Source: Piromyces finnis finn
Taxonomy: Eukaryota > Fungi > Neocallimastigomycota
DNA length: 64,000 bases
Direction: 5' to 3'
Assembly: GCA_002104945.1 (NCBI GenBank)
Contig: MCFH01000086.1
Span: forward strand, 72,113 to 136,112
The position numbers and the translations under genes were made by a program. Position 1 is the stretch's first letter; every line of letters begins with the position of its first letter. This document shows positions 57,701 to 64,000 of the stretch, piece by piece. The notes under the pieces are model-generated. The model was not told the DNA's origin. It made no database searches and was given only the letters and a program-made list of their open reading frames with translations.

Positions 57701-58265
57701 ATGAATTATAAGCCCCAAAAAATTAAAGATACACATTATTATTAATATTATTAAGACTATAAAGTAATTAAAAATAATAATAATAAAAAATTATTAAATT
57801 TAAATAATAATATATTATAAAATATTTATTTTAAAAAAGTATAATATATAAAAAAATGAAAAGAAAAAAAAAGTAAAATTTAACATCCATTATGTGATGA
57901 TAATATAATTAAAGTTAAATGATATCGTGAAATTAATATTATTGACCGATATAATTATTATATTAAAAGTTCATTCAACTTCATGAAAAAGTATATATAA
58001 TTTATTTAATACTAGAAATATTATAATAGTTTGCAATATTTCTAAACTGGATAATTCATTTAAAAATAATAAAAATAATAATAATAATAAATAATCTAAT
58101 TTAATTAAATTTATTTCAATAAATAATCGAATATATATTAATTATTTTTATAATTATCTTATCTTATTAGGAATCCAAAACACATTCAATTTTTTGTTTT
58201 TCTAAATCTTTAGCATAAAAAATATAAACAATCAGCAATTTATTTCAAACTTTTAAATTTTGAAA

Positions 58266-59461
58266 ATGGAAAATACTAATACTGAAAGTACTACCACCCC
58301 TGCTCAAACTCAAACTAATGCAAATGTTAGCAGCAATTCTATTGCTAATGGAAAGCCAAAAACTAGCAAAAAAGGAGGTTCAAGAGGTTATCAATATGGT
58401 AAACGTGACTACTTTGCCACTGGTGTCCGTATTTCTAATTATCCAGAAGATATTGATATTGAAACTTTAACAAAATATTTTTCCCAATTTGGTAAATTAA
58501 ATGGAGTTAACCTTAAGAATGGTCCAAATGATTCAAAGACAGCAGAAATTGATTTCAATCAAAGAGGTTCAGCAAGTAAATCTATTAATTCTTTAATAAG
58601 TAATGATAAAGAAAAGTCTTTATTCAAAGAAAAGCCAACAATTGCTCAATTACAATGGAATGATGATAACTTAGGTATTTATCACTTTTAATGCCTTTTT
58701 TTTTATCATTATAAAAAATCAGTATAATTTATTTATTGATTCATTTTTTTTCTTTTTTTTTAATGATAAAAAAATTATTTAAAATATATGCTATATTCTT
58801 TTATTAATTGTTAAATAATAATTTTTAAATAGATCCATTCATTACTGCTTCTCTAAGTAACTCTCTTCCTTCAAGCATTGTTTCTCGTACTCAAAAAGTA
58901 TTTAAGAGACTTCTTATTACCCCAAGTCCAAACACGCAACTTGATAAAGATGTCATTGAATATTTATTCAAATATTATGGTAATATTGTTTCCCACCGTT
59001 TTACTCCAACTTCTGCTCATATTACTTATAGTAATCCACAAGAAGGTGTTAATGCTTTATACGCTTTAGATGAATTAGTTTTACCATCAACTACTTTACA
59101 AGTTCATTTTGGTCGTGTAGAACCATTACTTTCTAATTGGAAGGAACAAAGAATTTCTTTATGTATTTCTCATCTTCCATTAATTGCTAAAAGAAGCCAT
59201 ATTAAGATTGCTTGTGCTGGTTTTGGCGAAGTTTATATTCGCCCTACTTTCTTACCAGATAATTTCCCTCTTCGTAAGAGAATTTACGTTGATTTTGTAA
59301 ATCAAAAAGAAGGTAATGAAGCCTTAGCCGGCTTACAAGAACATTTCAATGCATTAGGTTTCCATGGTGTTCATATTAATCTCGCAAGTAACAGATTACC
59401 AAATAATAACAATAACGCTCAAGCAAATTCAACTACTGCTGCTCCAGCTACCTCTGAATAA
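58266..59461 (+). CDS. RNA-binding protein with about three divergent RRM domains; 2 exons
   Basis: Exons 58266-58674 and 58833-59461. RRM-like segments VRISNYPEDIDIETLTKYFSQFG..AEIDF; LLITP..LFKYYGNIVSH..AHITYSNPQEGVNAL; LCISHLP..GFGEVYI..IYVDFVNQKEGNEAL. Confidence 0.82.
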
Positions 59462-59848
59462 ATTATTCATCCAAATATAATTTACATATATTAAAAATAT
59501 TTAATTTAATTTTTATTAGACACTTTCATTACTATAAGATAAATAAAATAAAATAAAATAAAAAATAAATTTTTTTTTTTTTTTTTGTTTTTTGTAAAAT
59601 TAATATAAAAACTCTAAAATTATTAGTTTTTTCAAAGAAAGAAAAAGCATAATTCTAAAAGGATTAACTCCATTATACTTTAGATTTCATCTTAAAGAAT
59701 AATAAAATGAAAGGATTTTGTAAATATCGTGTTTTTTTAAACAAGATTTTGTTGCACTGAAACGGGAAACTTGTACTTAAAATTGGCAATATGTTATCAA
59801 ATTTAAATATAATTTCTGTTATAATTAGATATTTTTAATTTATGAAAT

Positions 59849-59886
<38 letters not shown>

Positions 59887-60835
59887 GAAATATAACAAAA
59901 TTCATTTTATATATAAAAAAAAAATAATAGTTAAATTAATATTTTTCTAATTCATTTCTTTAAAAGTAAACCTATATTCTGTAATTTCATTTATTTCCTA
60001 AATCACTCATACAAAAAATAAATAATTTAAAAATATTAATTTTAAATATAATTAACCATAATAATATAAAAGTTTTATTGACATTCTTAAAGATAAAAAT
60101 TGCTATTAAAAAAATGATTATATAAATAATCATAAAATTACCTGTAATTAATCATCTCTTGAGAATAGTATTATACCTCTTATTTTTTTTATTATATATT
60201 AACGTATTAAGTCTTCTACCTATTTTCATTTTTTTCTCTGAATTCTCAATACTCAATCAGTATAAAATAAAATAAACAGACTAATTCTGTTTATATCTAT
60301 TACTAATTGAAGTTACCAACATTGCTACATATTAATTAAATACTATATTTAATTTCAAAATATAAATAATCAATTATATATTATATATTATTATTACTAT
60401 TACTATGATAATTCATGGATTGAAAATGAAAAAGAAAATGCCAATAAAAATTCATATTAAAATTAACATATATAAAAATATCTATTCATATTAAAGGAAA
60501 ATTTTAAAGAATATTCTATATATAATAATAATCCTTTAAATTAAAAAAAAAAATATATTATAAATAATTAATAATATAATTGCTTATCTTTATTATTTTT
60601 GTATTTTTACTTTATTTTTAATTTATTGAATGTAAATTATTTTACATGTATTAATAATAATATTTATTTTAAAAGATTCTAATATTTTAAATAAATTGAA
60701 AAGATATATTTATATATTATTATTTTAATAATATATATTTATTATGTTAAATTTTTTCTGTTATTTATTATGTAAAAAATATTTTCTTTACTTGGTTCTT
60801 TCTTTTTTTCGATAAATTAGTTCGTTCTAATTAGT

Positions 60836-63772
60836 TTATTCGAGAATTAACTTTGTAATCTTACCAATTGCAATAGTTTTACCTATTATAAAAATAGTAG
60901 TACAAATATGTATATAATTAATCATTATTTTAAAAAGGTAATCAATTATAACTATAACATTTATTAAAATTTTATAAATATGTAATTATAAATTATATCT
61001 ATGGCTATACCTTCATCACGAATAGTGAAACGACCAAGTTGTTGGAAATCAGCATAAGTTTCAGCACAAACCATTTGAGTAGTTTCTAAACGAACAATGG
61101 CAACATCACCTTGTTTAAGGAATCTTGGAGCATGCTTAGATTTTTTACCAGTCTTCTTATCAACAGAATGTAATAATGCCTATTAAAAAAATAAAAAAAA
61201 TTAATTTCACTATAATTAACATTTTTAATTATATTATTTTAATTTATCACTATTTGTTTTTAATATTTACGGTAATAGAAACATCTTCAACACAAGCATG
61301 TAAGTGAAGAACAGCACTGTAACCAGCACAAATAATATTCTTGTATTCTAAAATAGCAAGTTGAGCTTCAAATGCAGTAACACAATTAATCTTGTAATCT
61401 GGACTACAAATAACAAAACCTGGAGAAATTTCCTATTCATATTTTAATATTACTGTTTAAATAATTATCCTTATAATTTATATAATTTATATTTCTCATA
61501 AGTAATATACTTACATCTTCTTCAATACCCTTTAACTTGATTCTAACGTTATCACCACTAACAGCGAATTGAGTTTCGTTTTCTTCGTAGTAAATTTGAA
61601 GAATTTCAGCTGATTTCTATTATAATATTTAAAAAAAAATTAATAATTAATAAGTATCCCTTTTCAATTGAATCATTATAAATATTTTTTACCTTATTTG
61701 GCATAACAACAACATTTTGACCCTTCTTTAACTTACCAGATTCAACTTTACCTGATACAATAGTACCCATATCCTATATTATAATTTATCATTAATAATT
61801 TTTCTCATTCATATTCAAATTTATTAATTTTTTAATATTATTACCTTATTTTTATCACTAATTGGAATAAGAAGTGGACCATCAACATTACGGTTAACTG
61901 GAATCTTAATATTATCTAAGTATTCTAAAAGAGATTCTTTCTTGTACCACTTACAGACATCTTCAGTAAGACGGTCCTTAATATTTGCACCAGTGTAAGC
62001 AGAAACAGGGATGTAGTGAACATCTATTATCATTTATTACATTATTTTTTATTTATTATTATAGAAAATATCAGTAAATTTTATAATCAAGACATTTATA
62101 TATTAATAAAATATAAATTTATTCTTTAGATTAATATCTAAAAATCTATTTAATTTAATTACCAGTCTTTGGGTTGTAACCAACTTGCTTTAAGAATGGA
62201 GTGATTTTCTTACAACATTCTAAGTAACGTTCTTGAGACCATTCAACAGTTGGGTCATCCATCTTGTTAACAACAATGATAAGCTTCTTAACACCAGCAG
62301 TCTTAGCTAACATAGCATGTTCACGAGTTTGACCACCACGTTCAAAACCAGTTTCGAATTCACCCTTACGAGCTGAAATGACTAAAACACCAATATCAGC
62401 TTGAGAAGCACCAGAAATCATACTTGGAACATAGTTTTTGTGACCTGGGGCATCTAAAATAGTAAATCTTCTCTTTTCAGTTTCAAAAATAGCTTTACCA
62501 CATTCAACAGTCTTACCCTTATTTCTTTCTTCTTGATTTAAATCAAGAGCCCAAGATAAATACCAGGAATCACGACCAATTTCCTTGGCTTCTCTTTGTA
62601 ATTTATCTAAAGTTCTTTGATCAACCATACCAGTAAGGTATCTGTAAAAAAAATATTTTATAATTTATTATTAATAAATATATAAATTTTGTATAGTTAC
62701 ATCAATAAAATTGAATTATCATCCCTTAGTAAAAATAAAATGAATAAATAATTTAAAATATACATACAAAATTTGACCACCCATAGTAGATTTACCAGCA
62801 TCAACGTGACCAATGAAAACAATATTTAAGTTTTCCTTCATATCCTTTGGAAGTTCAAAGTCTTGGGAATTAGATCTCTTGTATTCATTTTTAATGTTAT
62901 GAACTATTTTTTGTTTACATATATTGAATTCATATTTTTCCATAATATTTATTTTTCACATTCGAATTATAAAAATTTTTAAATATTTATCATTAAATTA
63001 GTATTTAAAAAAACATTTTAAATATTATTTATTAATAAAAATATAAAAAGTGTAATTTCTTATTTAAAATCTTATTTTAATTATTGAAAAAAAAAAAAAA
63101 CTGAAGCACATATATTTTAAGAAAAATATAATATTCATGTTTTTTATTTTATAATATATCCATATTAATTGTTCTTCTATTTTAATTTATTAAATACTTC
63201 TTCCAAATTTATTTAAAAATAATTAATCAAATGATTTTACTATCCCTTTTTTTTTCTTCAAATAATTACATAAATCAATATTTTGTTGTATATAATTTAT
63301 ATTATGTTACTGTTTTCTTTTAAGAATGTTTTCCTTTTTTCTTTACTTTCATTTATATTAAAATATATATTCTTTTTTCTTCTCATGTTTATTTTAATTT
63401 AAATTTCTGAATGGATTTTTTAAGCTTTTAATTTTTGATTTGATAATAAAAAATAAAATAATAAATTCCACAAATAAAAAAATTAAATATATATGATAAA
63501 TAGATACCGGCTGGAGAAGTTGGATTCTTTGGTGTAGCTGGTTGAGATTTTGGTTTTTCTTCGGCAACTGGAGATTGAACCTTTGGCTTTTCTGGAGCTG
63601 GAGCTGGAGCTGGAGCTGGAGCTGGCTTTTCAACTGGCTTCTCAACTGGAGCTGGAGCTTGAACTGGAGCTGGAGCTGGAGCTGGGGTTTTTTTAAGCCA
63701 GCTTGGAACAAATTCTTCAGCTTCAGCATTGAATTTCATTTTAGCAAAACTGTTAGATAAATTATCAGCCAT
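60836..63772 (-). CDS. SUP35: Eukaryotic peptide-chain release factor GTP-binding subunit eRF3; multi-exon
   Basis: NIVFIGHVDAGKSTMGGQIL, LDKLQREAKEIGRDSWYLSWALD, GKTVECG, ILDAPGHKNYVPSMISGASQAD, SARKGEFETGFERGGQTREH, VNKMDD, GRFTIRDEGKTIAIGKITKL; N-terminal PAM2-like FNAEAEEFVPSW. The first intron acceptor (62903) is uncertain. Confidence 0.96.
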
Positions 63773-64000
63773 GTTTTACTTTTTATTTATTTAAATAAAC
63801 TCAAAATTTAACAATAAATTTTCAATTATATAAATATTTTCTTAATAAATAAATATTATATTAATAATATTTATTTAAATAATTTTTAAAAATTTAAGTA
63901 GTATTTCTCAAAAATAAAAATTTTGTTTTATTTTATTAATTCTATAATTCTATAATTAATGTATTATAAAAATTACAATATTCATATAATATATATAAAA

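Noticed and set aside
57894-57945. GTGATGA C-box-like motif suggesting a C/D snoRNA
   Set aside because: No canonical CTGA D box, terminal stem or rRNA-complementary guide recognisable.
63394-63760. LQLQLQ and WSWSWS ORFs
   Set aside because: Alternative-frame and antisense readings of the eRF3 (Pro-Ala)n repeat.

Overview
Eukaryotic, extremely AT-rich, intron-rich DNA. The base composition, short GT-AG introns and a GH5 cellulase with fungal dockerin (CBM10) modules indicate an anaerobic gut fungus (Neocallimastigomycota); this is inference and the species cannot be determined. I assembled 16 spliced or single-exon protein genes by hand: a bacterial-type class II HMG-CoA reductase with a long C-terminal extension running off the window, a double-PHD MYST acetyltransferase, an EXLX-type expansin with a Trp-rich tail, PLK4, a GH5 endoglucanase with three CBM10-like modules, an acidic tandem-repeat protein, an ELO elongase, B9D1, an RIIAD1-like protein, a B-type cyclin, a stand-alone MDH1B-N-terminus-like protein, a 636-aa intronless helical membrane protein, a Pho8-type alkaline phosphatase, a Def1/UBAP2-like CUE protein, a 3-RRM protein and eRF3. 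Non-coding features include a perfect (ATTAGT)33 array and a local duplication, one copy of which carries a 423-bp segment bounded by inverted repeats. I saw no rRNA, tRNA, CRISPR array or autonomous transposon. All family calls come from motif recognition by eye, with no database searches. Best leads: the extended class II HMGR, the expansin Trp-rich tail, the MDH1B-like protein, and four centriole/flagellum-type genes within about 28 kb.
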